Assembly: GCA_977030845.1 (NCBI GenBank)
Contig: OZ365110.1
Location: 29,078,001 to 29,142,000 of the forward strand
Origin: Fimbriosthenelais zetlandica
Lineage: Eukaryota
Length of the DNA stretch: 64,000 bases
Direction of reading: 5' to 3'
This document shows, piece by piece, positions 1 to 13,500 of this stretch. Within the stretch, counting starts at the first letter, position 1. Each line of letters opens with the position of its first letter. The translations under genes were made by a program, and so were the position numbers. A model generated the notes under the pieces. The model ran no database searches. It had not been told where the DNA came from and saw only the letters and a program-made list of their open reading frames with translations.

Positions 1-1379
1 GCTGTCAATGAGACATCGATTAGGTTAACCGGTGATGTCATTGGACGTGTTTGGGGTGCTTTTCATGAATAATAGGCTAGTAATCTCTTGTACCATTTTG
101 TAAAGTTAAGTGACCATGAAGATTCATTTGGAAATTCACAAAAATACAAAAACTATTTGTCAGTAGAAATTGTGAGCTGCACATTGGCAATTGGATAAAA
201 TAGTTCAGTCATATGGTTCCCATGAATTAGGAACCCCCTATAGGAAACATTAGCCAAATCATGTGGGTTCACAGCTTTGATTTTACTACTCAATGTTTGA
301 TCAATTAAATTATTTATTATTTAATTGTGTGATGGTGGCGGATTTAATTATTGTTAAATTTCAACATATTGACATCTTTACGAATGGAAATCGCCTCGAT
401 CAACTTGGTCTTCTGGGGGTACTGGAAATTAATTGACTAGGCCAGATCCTATGTAACAGACCCATTAAGTAGTCGAGTCAGGGCATATTGTTCACAGATG
501 CTGGTACTGGTAGCAGACTGCACGGTTAAAATATTTAAATTACTACGCCGGATAATTGGGCCTAATGGATTGGTAGCAGATGTCTGGGGTCCAGATTAGA
601 ATAGGTTGAAGAGGGTGATGTAAGCACCCAAACTATGGGGGTTAAAAGATATATGGGGGTTTGGTACCGATCTCTCAATAGAAAAATAAGTAACAACTGA
701 TGAAACATTAAGAGCGTGCAGACCCGTGACCTTTCACGCAACATTTTTTGGGTAAAGCCACAAAAACAATGCACACCTCCCCGTCTTATTGCGTTCTACT
801 AAGCCCCAATAAGGACATAAATCCACTTTTTTCTCTTTCTGATGACACTGGTTGCTCGTGAGCAGGAATTTGGTGGCATTAAAGCCATGTAACTTACAGC
901 TAGTTATCCATGGAGATATCTAAAGGGATGAGAGGTGATTATGGAGGCACGTGCTGGCTAGGGTGCGAAAAATACTGTCTGAGCTATAGAGGAGAATAGA
1001 CCTTTTTATAGGACAGTCTCTAGAGGAAAAGAAGGGGGACATGGCTGGTTGTAGGAAAGGACATGGAGGAATGGGCAGGGCTTGGAGTTGAGACAGCAGA
1101 AAAGGTGATTTGGTTGTTGGTTGATTGGTGTTCAATACAGAAGCAACAGCCAGGTCAGAGAGCGACGATGGGGAAATACGCTGTCGGTACATGTGCTGCC
1201 CCTATCACTTGACAGCAATGGTTCGCTATGAAGCCTCGCACCACAGCAGTGAGAGAGGTGTCTGGTCTATGAAGACCCAGTTAGCAGCATTGAGGAGAGA
1301 AGGGCAATGGGAATTTTGAAGAATGTTTAGTGAACTGAACCTGAGATCTCTCACATTTATTTCAACGGTCGACCATTAA

Positions 1380-1580
1380 GAGTCTTTAAAAACATTAAAA
1401 GTCTCAATAAATTGAAGCAAAAAGTTCGGAAAGAAGAACGACTGGAATTGCAATCAGGCACTTCTAGAAGTGAGCCCGATGTTGGGGAAGGGGACACCGA
1501 GATTGAAAGTCAGATCGATTGAAGAAATTCTGCAAGGGTTGAACTAATCAGTGAATATTCTCAGGAGACAGATCTGGTTG
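1380..1580 (-). mobile_element. Possible decayed LINE 3' end
   Basis: Minus-strand translation LLEVPDCNSSRSSFRTFCFNLLRLL resembles the LxVPxCxTxRxKxSFxPxxIRLxN end of CR1/L2-like ORF2. Confidence 0.25.
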
Positions 1581-4500
1581 GAGAACCGGAGTTTAGACAC
1601 CCCAACCCCCTCCCCTCCCACCAAACACCCACACACTCAGGTCTCCATACACATTCCGACCAGTCGGCGTCTTGGGCTCACTAGATGAGGAGGGCTTCTC
1701 CCATAATCCCCCACAACAGCACCCCCTGATGGATTGAGAATTGAACGCTGTACCTAAACAAACGCCTTTAGCATCCACCATCAGAGACTCCCGCCTCGCT
1801 TAACACCAATAGCCCTTACCCAATCCCCCCTCACTGTAGCCACCAGGCCCAGGCCCCCATGTTTATGGCTAGGGCCCCTACTTTTTTGACCCAAATGCCC
1901 TTTCCAGCCCGGGCCGTGAAATAAATACCGGCAATATGTTTTGTCCCCTGCCTCACTCACTCTGTATATGAGCCTTGAAAGGGCAGTGCAAGGGTCAAAC
2001 TAACTTTCAGGTAATATATTTTGGCATTTTGATATATTTGGCTGTTTTTCATAATTGTTTCGATTATTCTTTTTCAAAGATGAGCTATCTACTATAGATC
2101 AATACATCCCATGACCGATTGACGTGCTGATATCATTTTTAGCTTATTTCGTGTTGGATTCAACGGTTTATCAGTCAAATATTTTTGTACACCTCATTTA
2201 CCTTCGGAATAGACCCAATATAGTGGCTAAATATATGGTCATGTAAGTATAGGGGTCTCTGATGAAGCTAGATGGATGAACTGGCTTAGCCATGTAGCAA
2301 AATGAAATAATAGACTCCACAAATCAAACAGAATCAAACAACCAATCCGTTTTTTTTAACTGTTGATCTATTATTATTTTAGTGACTAAACAGCCTTGAT
2401 TCAGAACTAGCACCAATGAATTTAGCTCACATTGTCCAATTATCCAATTACGTTTTATTAATTAATCCAGGAACAAAAAACACTTCCTTTGTTCAAATGT
2501 CAGTGAATTATCACTCAACCAGTTTTGGAATTTTGAAAGCAAAAAGACACCTACAGCTAAAAGTGTGGGATTTGGTTCTATTTTGGGATTTGAATTATGG
2601 TATTCTAACTAAATATTATAGGGCATGTATACTGCGAATACCAAAGAGATTATTGATATAAAAAGGTAGTATAAGATCAAAGGAGATACCACTGACCATC
2701 CGTGAAGAAATGTAAATACCATGACTACTGAATATGCAAATATAATGGTCACGAATATTACTTGTGATTATTCTGAAGGGAGGGAAAATATTCACCATGA
2801 TCAGTAGGCCACAGCCAATGATGGAATGGCCATCTAACTTCTGATGAAACCCAGTGTTAGAGAAAGGGAGAAAAAATCTCAGGAGAATGGATATTAAAGA
2901 GGTCCCCGTGTGACCTCTGCCTTCTATATAACAGGAATGGCCCTCGGCCCTGCATGTTTTATACACCGGCCAGGCTAAAGGTCCATAATTACTTAAGATG
3001 TATCAAGAAATATAGGTCTCCGCGAACATTAACCAAGGAAGCAGTGATCAAACCGAAGATTACAATATGAACGAAGACGCTTTAGACCCACCGCTGATAT
3101 AATTAGGCTATAGTCATTCGAGCATTGTCAACGGACACATGATTAATTTTCTTCAGGGTTTTTTTTTCTGAAGCTGACATATTGCAATTTATTAATACGA
3201 TTTACATTGTCGGTAAATATGATATTATTTTCTGAGACTGATGCTGCTAACTCATTTTCCCATTCATTCTACGCCAGTCTCTAAAAGGGCAGCCAAATTT
3301 CAGAAAATTGAAGATACATTGTACACCCATTGACATTTGTATTCCATGGAAGATAATTGACATGGACAAACGAAATTGATATGTGACACTCTAAAGGCAT
3401 TGTTCCTTGCCTGGATGACATTCTATCCGCTGAGACTGCTTTTGATATTAACAATAGATTGTTTAGGTATATCATCTTGGCCCATTTTTATTGGCCCCAC
3501 AGTTGGCCGAACTCCAGCAAAGAAAGTATGATTAATTCTGATCATTAACTCTCAAACCTTTTATTGCGTACCCCAGCCTGAGTTAATGCCATTGTGGTTT
3601 GATTTTATGGATGGCTTTATTCTGCCTGCCCTCATAATTGGCTTCTGATTTGCTCTAAATGGCAATTGAAATCTTAGACCATGCAGTGGATTATTACAAG
3701 AGACTTAAAGCGAGGGGCGAGCAACTATAAGCTACTCCGAGTTGACTCAAGTTCCTTCCTCCCAAATAGCTTTATCTTACGATATTCTCAGAGCAACCAA
3801 ATACAATTTTTCATCCCGCTTCGGTGCTAAATTAGTCATCCGAAGAAAGCTAGCCTAGTTGGTATAAATGCAAATATGGCACAGACTAAGTAGCTGTTAC
3901 AAACACCGAACTCCAGTCTTTTCAATGTCTGCACTGCACGAAATAGGGCCCAGACTGCTTGTGTATTGCTGTCCATTCTAGGTCCAACTAGTTACCTATG
4001 CCTTCTGCTTCCCAGAGGCCAGTAAATCGAGATCATGGCCATCATGATTGGTGTCTACACTGGATCAAACCATCTATATCTGTGTCCCCAATCCCAGAGG
4101 GACAAACAGTGCCCTGAGTATAATAGAGATTACCCGTGATCAGCACACTGGACAAAGGGCCCCAGACTCGATGCAATTTCTTATAGAGGGATCAAAACCT
4201 AAGATGTTCTTTTACCAGTTCTAGGTCAAATTAGTATTATAATTCAATTAGAAAAGTGATTCAATTTTCTGATTTCCAGTAAATTGTATCATAGACAGAC
4301 TTTTGCATTTCCCACATCTCGCCATAAATGAAAGGCACATACATACGGTATATGCTCTGTTGCTGTGCATACAACACCCCAAAGACCCTCGACTGCTATA
4401 CTCACCCCTCAGCTGCGGGGGATGAAACTACACCAAAATCACCGTATATATCATTTATATGACTGTATTCCATTACATATGCCTCAGTGGAACCCATCTA

Positions 4501-7310
4501 AGCATAGAATGCTTGGCTTGACTGCTGCCTTTTACTTGGCTATGATGGATAGTAATGGTACAGTGAGTGAACTCTTATCTAGAGGTCACTTATATTGTGC
4601 TCGCATCTATTGTATTGTGTCTTTATTCATTTTTGTATGCCCTACATAAGCTTAGTAGACATTAGAGCCTTGTAAAGGTCTTCAAGCAAGAATAATATGG
4701 TCAATGTTTAAACTTTCTCTTTAGAAGACGCGATACTCGGGAATTCTCTATTATGCAAAATTCCGTGGACTACTCAAAATCATGAGGTAACTTAATGAAT
4801 GCTTCGTTATTCGCTGTTCATTATTTTGGCAGCAGCTACTCCAAAGCCCAGATAACGACCCCAATTTCCCAGATAATTCTGGCCAGATGTGGCTAGTGGA
4901 CCATAAATCCACATGGAAGTATAACTCAGCGATGTGTAATGCATGATAACTGGCTATTTATTCCAGATTGATGTGTCCTAACCAGTTCTGCCTGTCACCT
5001 AGCTACAAACCTGATATATATGCTTATGTACTACTGGCTGATCACCAATATTTTAAAGCTAGTAGTCACAAATAAGATAGTGATATCACCTTCACTGGCA
5101 CATAAATACGATACTTTTATATTGACCTCAATTTCAAGGTAAATTCTAGCATTACATGAGATGCTGGGCAAAGAAATAGAAGGTGTTAAGGACAGAGCTG
5201 TGACCAGACAGAATATATCATAGAAAGTCAACACCCAAGGTTGCCTGGCCCCTTTTAGCCAAGAAACATTCCCCATAATGATCACATGCGGACGGGTGGT
5301 TAAAACCGGGTCTTGCTGCTAGTTATCATAAATCATGATACCTAACCATTATCTGAAGACGACACTGAGGTGTATTGGCCTCATTGTTAACCAAAATCCC
5401 GTGCTTGACATTGTAATACATCATGACTCCACCATCAATGATTCAACACTAAATGGACATATCATAATTTTGATAAAGAAGGACGACAGGCTATCTTTTG
5501 TACGTGAATGGGTCTTGTCATGCAAAGACTCATGAACGATGGTCAATTTACGGTCAGGGAAGCCAGAACAGAGTGGGCAATGGCTCGGCCAAAAATACGG
5601 CTTTGCGTGTCCAAGTGGTTTCCTTAGAGGGAGATCCTGCACGTGCCACACGCACACTCATGGGTGATCAAACATGGAAGATCTGCCTATTATCTGGGAC
5701 GAGATCAATGGGAGCTGGCCCATCATAGGCTGACTTCCCTAAATCTCCTCTAATTTACGGCCTCTTCCTTGTTCCTGGGTCAGATGAAAGAAAGGCATGA
5801 GGTAGGATTTTTGTACAGGTGCTGAATCTAATGATTTGTTTTGTTAGAGTCTCTGTAGAGTAGGATTTACTTTGTCATGAATTCGGTCCCACAATGTTCT
5901 AAGACACTGGGAAGCCTTCCAGCATTTTTGTCATTCCCTCATCTTATTTCCTGCTGTTGTTTTAATTGAGAAAAGTAAGGTTAAAACAAATTTGGGATTT
6001 TCTGTGAGCTGTTCGGTTTGAAAAAAGTAATTCCAGGACTATGCTCCAGGCATACCATATCATTCATCTTCCTTCCGATTGGCATTCATTCTCATCTCGA
6101 ACTTTCAAAAACTAGATTGGGTTATGGGTTGCTTTAACTTAATGTATCTGAAAATGTACAAGGGCTATCAAGGATACAGATACAATTTGAAACATTTGCA
6201 CATCCATATGGATGACCACATTTTTGTGTCATTCAAAAACGTTTCCCATCAGGTTTGCAATGTTGCCCTGGCTGTTACCGGACATATAAAAAAAATCTAC
6301 AAACAAATTGATATCTGCATTCTTAAACCCTGTAGTCCCCGTAACGGCGTTCCTGTCCTTTCCCATCTGTTAAACAATTAATCCTTCCTTCAGTTCTACA
6401 TTCTGTTTCTCCCAATACTTCTCCCAACCGCGCCATTTTTCCATCTCCTTCATCCCACCGCTCAACGCTACGATAACCAGCAGCCCCCTCCACCTCCTCC
6501 CCAAGCACGAGCCACTCCCCAGGGCCAGCCAGTGATCCTGTTTTTACCCAGACACCAAATACCCACACGGAACACCATTTCACCATTCCTGCCGCCCTTT
6601 GTCCCGCCTTGTCACTTTACAGATGGCTACCTTCTGGCCCCAATTGCTTCTTTTACTCTCTTAACTCTGGATATTCTGATCTGGAACGTTATAGTCCATG
6701 ACAGATCTCTGTGAACTGTCGCAGATATAAACTGAGCATTCCGATATCGTTTCATTGCAAAATGAAGCAGCCCATTGAGGCACAGTATAGTTAATTTCCT
6801 TTGAAACCCCAATAACTTTATAACTGCATTATAAGGCCTGTTTTATGCCCTTTTTATTTCGGTGAGATTATTATTGACTTAGAAGCCCATAATCACTCAT
6901 CACCATTTGAAAACAGGAGGGTGAAAAATATTGTTGATGTTGATGCATAGGCATGGGGTAATGAGAGCCAAGCATTGTAGTTCAAAGTGCCATGGCGAGG
7001 AGTGTTTGGCGTGGACATTCTTAGATTGAAGACTACTGGTTGACTGCCCCTGGAGCTATGCTTCTCTCACGCCTGATCACTCTCCGCCTTTTCAATCATT
7101 TTGTAGCCCTACCGATGTAGGAATGTCCACCATCAAAAGTAGACCTAGGGGGCTTATTTTCACATTACCTCAGCAAAATGGTGCATTGTCCGAAAAACGT
7201 GCCACTGAACAACCCATTTTAAACCCAATATGGTGGTCTAAAATTCATAATTGATTCATTTGAACCTATTGGAGCTGTGTTAGTGATATGCTTTTTTTTC
7301 TGAATTTCAG

Positions 7311-7595
7311 ATTTGAAAGATTATTGCCAGTTTGAGACGTTTAACGCAACTTGTCGTCAAGATGAAGTGGTCATCATGGAAGCAGCTCAGTACGGACGTA
7401 TGCGGTTTGGCCGCTGTGTGGACCGTGACTATGGCTATGTGGGCTGCTCGGCAGATGTACTTTTACAGGTGGACAAGAGGTGCTCAGGTCGACATAACTG
7501 TGTTATACCAGTCCCCGACTCCTACCTACACTCAAAACACTCCTGCCCTAAAGATCTCACCTCTTACTTCGAGGCTAAATACAAATGTATCAAAA
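7311..7595 (+). CDS. Exon: SUEL/rhamnose-binding (Gal_Lectin)-type domain
   Basis: Acceptor ttttttttctgaatttcAG (7309-7310) and donor GTAAGT at 7596. Peptide LKDYCQFETFNATC...AQYGRMRFGRC...C...C.GRHNC...SCP...YFEAKYKCI has 8 Cys and the YGR motif typical of SUEL domains. Confidence 0.92.
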
Positions 7596-10500
7596 GTAAG
7601 TATAGCAAGAACTAAGTCTATTTTTGTTTATAATATGGACTAATGTATATATGAAAGATATAGATCTGTTTCATCCATTCCGAAACTGACCATGGATGGG
7701 TATAGAACTACACGAAATCTATTAGTTGGGTTGCTTCAAGTGTGAGAACCTTTTGGTGGACAAATGTTAAATAGTGCGATGGTGACATTATGAGCGGTGT
7801 TTATATATCAAATGTACCAACACTTTTAATGATCAATGTTTTGTGTAGCCTATGCACAATTCCACATGGAAGTAAATGGATGAGCTTTAATTTCCCTGAC
7901 TCAGGGTTTATTTATAATTGACGCGATAAATCATTACGATTCCTTCCTATCTTCTCCATCTTCACATGTTCCGGTATCATTGCTCGAAGGAACAATTCAA
8001 TCGACATACATTATACAATGGAAACAATTTCTTATGCATCCAGGGGTATGCTACATCATTAAAGACGTCACCTTTGCTAGGACCCCAATGAGAAAAAAAC
8101 TATTAATGAGGGGGAGATTAATTAGACTCCCCTATTAATTGCTGATTTGATTAGTTCCTTTTTATGATATGCCTTCACTGATGACATGCACGAAAATATC
8201 TCCTAGAGAGAGACATACAAAAATGAATTTCATGTCCAGAGATATTCGTCCTCCAACTATCAGATGGTGCCTAATTAAGTTGATTAAAGACAATGATTAG
8301 TGCAGGCTGAGCCCTACTGTTGGCTAATTGATAATCATAGTTCTCGCTACCCAGCTAAATCACGTGAAACTTTGATTTTTGGCCGGTAGATGGCTCTGTC
8401 TATTTGGGTGCTGATGGGAGAAGTGTAAAGTGTTCAATCATAATATTGTGGGGTTTCTAGATGAGCCTCTAGCTCACTGTCAGACTTCTGATTGTACGTC
8501 CGGCTCCCTCCCCGGATAATCCCTAGGCACCAGTTATACAAATCTACTGCTCGCTTCCCCTCGTATACCTTTTTCATACATCTTTCTCCATTTCTGGCCC
8601 TCAGGGCTAACTCCCCACGGCAGTGTTTCTTCTTCCACTTCTTTACGTCTTTCTACCACGTTCTCCATCACTTCCCTCCTTCCCCAAGTTCAGCCTATAC
8701 CTCCAACCCCTCTCCCCTTTCCCTCCTCTCTCGCCATTTCTTCCCCCTCTCCTTCACCCCCTCTTCAATCATTCCTTCCTATTTTTATGTCTCTGTGGTC
8801 ACCGTTATTCCATTCATCTTATCATTCTGACCATGTGGCCCTCCATTGATTTTTTACAGAACTAGATCTCTCCTTTTGTCCATAGGAATTCCACATAATG
8901 ACTTGCATACATCCAAGGATCTCAGAATCCTATGGCCCATACTTCATTATTTTATTCACATTTGTTGGATAAAGTGAATCATTCACTCGTCCGTAAACAG
9001 CCTATTTCAGAGCTTCTTTGACATTGTTCACCCTTTTTCCTTCTACCTCCTACAAACAATAATCCGGATAAAACTGTTCACCAACAGTGTACCTTATCCA
9101 CTTCCCTGAATGCACATTCACATTATAAACATCATTACATTAAATTCTATATTTAAATATGTTTGGGATCAAAAGACATAGTTTACATCATCTAACCGGT
9201 AATTTCTTTATACTACCACACATTTTTTCTTTGGAATCTGCACAATACCAAAAGCTCTTTCCCTCCCTTCCTCTGAGAGCCTGCTTGGGGGTTGGGGTGG
9301 TCAACGCCCGCAGTCTATTATGATGCCTAATCGATACCTTCTGATAATCAATGGCATCAATGGATCCACCTAGGGTGTTATTCTACCACACAATAAATCA
9401 AGCCACAGGCTGTGTTTTACCGTTGAGGAAAGTGCCACAAATACACTGTTATTACAAACAGTAAATTGTGCTTGGTAATTTTGTTTTTTTCTGGAACAAA
9501 CTTGATAGTTAGCAATGCAATGAAGTGATACATGACCACAAATTCAGTCGTGTTAAGTTAGACATCCAGTCAATAAACTTAACCTTGGATTCCAGCTTGT
9601 TGAAACTGTAAATCTACTACACCGGACGATAAATAATACTAACAGTGTGAGGAAGTACCACAGGTATACTGTTGTTTCAAACAATGCATTTCGCTTTCCA
9701 AACAATGTATTTTGCTAGGGAATATATTTGCTCTTCTTATGAACATGCAGTTATAATAAATTGATACTTGGCCACAAGTATATACATAGGTTCCAGCGGA
9801 TTGGGGCTGCAGGTGGGCTGTACAAATTCAGCTCAAATACAAATTAAGTAAGGAATCTGATACTCGTTTAGAGCAAACAGTATTGCATACCTATGACACC
9901 TTATACTTTACAATATAACCCAGCAGCCTTTTGGGGACCGTTTTATGCTAGATGGCCCTATTGACGGAGTTGGCGGAGTGGGAGGGAGATTTGTGGAGTG
10001 ACAGGTTGTCAGTTCAAGGCTTGGCTTTTGTCAGCCATCTTATTATGCTTGGATCATGGTGAATGAGCAGTAAGCGTGAGATGTCACTTTTCTGTCTCCT
10101 CCTTTGAGACGACGGAGTTTACTCGCGTATCATGTGAGGCCACCCCCTTTGACTTTGTGTTTTCTCATACTGTGTTCTGGCATTTTCCCTTACAAATAAG
10201 TGATATACAATGTGCTTTCTTCCTTTTTTTTTTTTTTTTATTTTTTTTTTTTTTTTACAACTTCCTGGTTTATCAATTAGAATTTCATGCATATCCATTC
10301 CTTATGACAAGCACAATTTTCCTTGTAAGTCAATATCCTGATCGACGAGCCTTATCTAACAGTGCCTTCTATTATTTTGTCTGCTTCATCTTTTCCTCTT
10401 TGGTATCTTGATGACCACCAGTTTTTTCATCCTGGTCCTCACCCAGACTCCCATCTTTCTTGTCCTCCACCATACACTTTCCGCCCAGGGCCACACACTG

Positions 10501-13500
10501 GCCTCGTCCCCATGTCCTTTCCTCCCACTTTAGATCCCCGTCCCCTCGTCCTAATTCACCCACAGCTCCCGACCACCTCGTCATCCTCATTTTCCCCCCA
10601 GGGGAATGTTTATGAAGCACGGAGGGATTACTCTGACACGGCCGGCGATCTATGAGCCTAACCCTGACAGTTTCTAGCTGGGAAATTAATATACAACCTG
10701 AGTTACAATGCCTCAAGCGCTGGGAACAAAGCACCACTTTCTCTGCTCCATTTCCTCCCAGCATAGCACCTTTGTTGCCACTGAAGTAGTACAGGATGCC
10801 ATTGAGGACTATATCAAAGCACACGTCACACAAGTCCCGTGGACATCACCAAACAAACGAGATCATTCTCAAAGCAGGCGACTTTTCCTTCTGTGCGGAT
10901 AACCCGCTCTTTCTATTATTCATAGGTGTGTCAGTAATTGCGAAACGTGTGACATTAGGGAGCTTAAGAATGTGGCTTAAAACGCGGTGAACAATGAGTC
11001 GGTTATGCGATGGGATGGTTCATTAGGTTTTAATCCATTAAGTCGGGAATATTCACCACCTTGCGTGGCCTTCCCGCCCAAATATGGTCCACCGCAAGAG
11101 GGCTTGAAAATCGTCTGCTTCGTTTTGACTTCATTAGCTAATCGGATTGGTGGAAGAAGACGGATGATAGCGGAGACATGCAGTGCCCTCTGAAGGAGCA
11201 AGCCAGTACTCGGCAGGCGTCATGGTCAAATGTCGTCTGCTCAATTCACACATTTCACAGCGTCCCAGGGAGGAGGCTGGGATCAGGCAGCTAACACCGC
11301 CCGATAACTCTATTACCCGGGTCATCTGTCATCCCCTGCTCCAAGCCACAAACCTAGAAATACTTTCTCTCTCTCTTTCCCCTCCAGCAGACACCACAAA
11401 CAGATTTCTCAATTTATGTCACTTGGAAAAGAGTTTATTAATAGCCCAGTCTCTTTTCTCCTCTACTCCCTCGACCCCACATGAGAAACAAGATGATGGA
11501 CGGTCCATTTGATCCGAATAGGGAAGGAGGAGTATAGAAGGAAAAGCCAATCTCTGTTTTTTGCTGGGTAAAGATTTTTTGTCACATTGCTTCCCTGCAG
11601 TCCTTGCTTGTCATACTGGAACACATAATCACAGGCTGTTCTTCCCATTCATCTGAGGAGGAGGATGACAGACAGAGATCCTCTGGGTGTGAATATGAAA
11701 CTGTGGCTACTGTTGTGAGTGTTACAACTGATTAGAGGCTTTGAAAATGACTTTGCGCCAGGATGTGGAACACAGTTATTTGGTGTTAATAAGCGACAGC
11801 CAGTCTCAAATTTACATTGTGACAGGCTAATATGTGTATGCCATGCATATAATGGGGCTCACTGGGAATTCTGGCTTGGCACATATAAGGAATACATACA
11901 TAATGAATGCACTTTTTTCCCTATAGTAACAGTGGATGAATCTTTCAAGAAATACCAATAACGTCAATATCAAAGATCTAAACAACATTAGACCACAAGG
12001 CACCTTGTATTCCAGGAAGTATAAGCATTGTGATTACCCAAAAAATAAACACTAACCTAAGGGTTCTTAAGAACAGTCATACAGTATCTACCTCTTCTAC
12101 AACCTATAAAAAAGTGTTCATGGGGTACTTGTCATACAGCGACTATAGCTTAGATAAAGTATACACAGGACATCCTCATTGGCAAGTCTATTGATAATGT
12201 CAGTGAGGGCCACTTATGCCACAAAGCAACAATATATCTTCAACAGCTCTCGTGGCAATACCACCAGAAAAACTTGGCATGAAAAATCTTCATCTCAGTC
12301 AATATCTAATGACAAACGAGCTGCTCATGACCCGAGGGAAACATGTGTCAACGAAGGGGACAGCAGCGATGGGGGTGGCTGGGGAAGGCAGTGGCCCTTA
12401 TAAAAATAGGATTAATCTCAATTGATTTTAACTCTCTAAATAGACCCATCGACTTTTTTTGGGAAGTAAATAATGATTTCAAGCTCTCCTCCATCACCGT
12501 AGATGAGAATTTGAGAACCGCGGCGTTGAGGAATAGTCTAGTAAACCCCGGCTCATCTATCAACGGCAGTTTAATTCCCCTTCCTCTATTTCCACCCTTC
12601 CCTCTCTCCCACCCCCAATTAGAAAGTCCCTAGTGAAATTGGAACCTTCATATTCAACATGGGCTGGATACCAAAGCATCCCAGGATGGAACTGGAATCA
12701 CGAGAGAATCTGCTGGGTGGTTGGTATGTCAGGGGGATCCGGCATCTAGCATTTCCTCTCCAGTTAGAATGTCGCCAATTAATTATGACACGACACCGGG
12801 GTCATAAGGCAAGGGAGGCAAGTGTTTGGGAGGCGGCATGAAGGAGTGGGGTTGTGGGAACCTGATGGTCATACATTAGGTCCAGCACACAAATGGGCCA
12901 GGTCCTGTTACTAATAGCAACCAGGGGATGGCCAGCCTTCAATGATTTGTTCACCAGGGGCATGGGTTGAATATGAAGGAGCCAAGTCTGTAAAGGTTTC
13001 TATCTGGGGCCTAATGGGACTCTGTTGATCTAGTTCTGGTCCTTCAGTCATGAGAGGGCAGTTCCCTCTTGAACATGTCCAGAATTAACTCCCAACTTTT
13101 GGCCCTCCATAAAACATGGATCCGCTTCCAGACCAGAATTTCTAACAGTTGCGGTTTCCTGAACTTTGCAAAGTTTTCTGAAACCTTTTTAACTGCACCA
13201 ATTTGTTTAACTGTGATGTATGCTTATATTTCAGTAACTACAGGACCTCAGAAGACTTGCACCACGTCACCCACTGTGCTAAAGTCGGGGAGTGGGGTGC
13301 TAGCCCGGATTACCGCGCTAGATAGTGGCTACGGCACCGACTCCTGCCCCTGGCTCATCCAAGCCCAGCCTGGCCAGCGAATAAATATCACACTGATGGA
13401 TTTTGCCATCGATACCGAGAAGCGAAAGATGCCTGTGGATTTCTGCCGGGCCTATGCCATTATTAGGGACAGGCAGACGGGCCGGAGTAGCACTGTGTGT

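Noticed and set aside
1600-1619. C4-AA-C5-T-C4-T-C3 tract (minus-strand G-quadruplex motif)
   Set aside because: A real motif, but it lies beside a probable repeat remnant with no functional context.
2253-2310. CTGATGA followed by a GCTAG/CTGGC stem, resembling a hammerhead ribozyme core
   Set aside because: The required GAAA does not follow stem II (TTAG instead). Other CTGATGA sites checked (near 839, 2841, 8177, 63478) also lack the core geometry.
562-7310. Short ORFs upstream of the SUEL exon as a possible signal-peptide exon
   Set aside because: None combines an ATG, a hydrophobic core and a phase-1 donor; the first exon is probably outside the window.
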